Source: Schmidtea nova (taxonomy: Eukaryota). From it: 64,000 bases of DNA. Shown one piece after another: positions 63,322 to 64,000 of this stretch. A program made the translations under genes and the position numbers. Location of the stretch: positions 460,040,001 through 460,104,000 of the forward strand of contig CM097882.1 of NCBI GenBank assembly GCA_044892505.1, in the 5' to 3' direction. Within the stretch, counting starts at the first letter, position 1, and each line of letters starts with the position of its first letter. The notes beneath the pieces are model-generated. The model did not search any database. It had not been told where the DNA came from and was given only the letters and a program-made list of their open reading frames with translations.

Positions 63322-64000
63322 TAATTACTGTAGTTTGATTTTATCTGCATGTGAATGAATGGAATGAATCTGCAGGATAAAAAAGAATAAGTAATGGTAT
63401 TTCTAGAGCACGAGGACCGAAAAAAATCCACATCAGACCTTCTAGTGGTAGTGGTGGACCCGTAGCATCAATAAGGGAATAGTAACCACCTTGGTTGCTC
63501 ACCTGCCTTATTAATCTACACCGCTAAGTATATTACCAATATGAGGCGCAATTATGGGCAAATCATGGGTAATAGCGGGGGTAACGTTTTTATGTTGCCG
63601 GGGGACCCTAATCAGTCCATCCCAGTACACCCGTGTTTTAACATCAACCAACACACCAGCACTAATAATAGTATTCCTGAGTTTCAATAGGTTAAATTTT
63701 ATTTACTTGTTAATTCGATAAAGTGAATTACTACTTTAAATGACTTTTGCACAGATAACGATGTGAACTCTGTAATATTTATTTAGGTTCTTCTACTAGA
63801 TTTCGTTAAAATTCTCCTGGGCATTTTGTTAGACATTTTTATGATATTTTATTCATGTTGATCTACCCTAAGCATTGATATTACTAGCCAACTATCTGGG
63901 GATCCTAAATGCGACGGCCATGCCGGAAAAATCCATCGCTACTGCAAATTTCTGGTCACAATTATCATTTATTTAAATTTATCACTCTCGTTCTCTCGAA

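Larger units (their letters stand above)
59507..63661 (+). mobile_element. Unclassified two-ORF element, copy B (5' truncated, interrupted by Chapaev 60703-63321)
   Basis: ORF1 and ORF2 are homologous to copy A. After removing the Chapaev element the sequence continues into the same conserved terminus, ending ...CCAGCA. Confidence 0.75.

Overview
AT-rich animal genomic scaffold with three N gaps (9123-9682, 35595-35894, 36879-37050). The composition and repeat content suggest a planarian-type flatworm, but that is inference. One host gene is present: a Onecut (CUT + homeodomain) transcription factor on the + strand, reconstructed from four exons across ~16.2-48.4 kb, including a 98-nt exon too short for the ORF track. 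The rest is a dense, nested transposon landscape: three hAT transposase elements, a full-length Chapaev-type element with 3-bp TAA target duplication, Tc1, mariner, pogo and Tigger remnants, two Gypsy fragments, MITEs of several superfamilies, a palindromic foldback family and several satellites. The most interesting unexplained signal is an unclassified element family with two diverged copies (~26.2-27.9 kb and ~59.5-63.7 kb, the second split by the Chapaev insertion) plus a third terminal fragment at 71-246. The two copies share two ORFs I cannot assign to any family (about 40% and 66% identity by manual alignment, with heavy synonymous divergence) and a conserved non-coding terminus. No RT, integrase or transposase is visible in them. 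All alignments and coordinates were done by eye.
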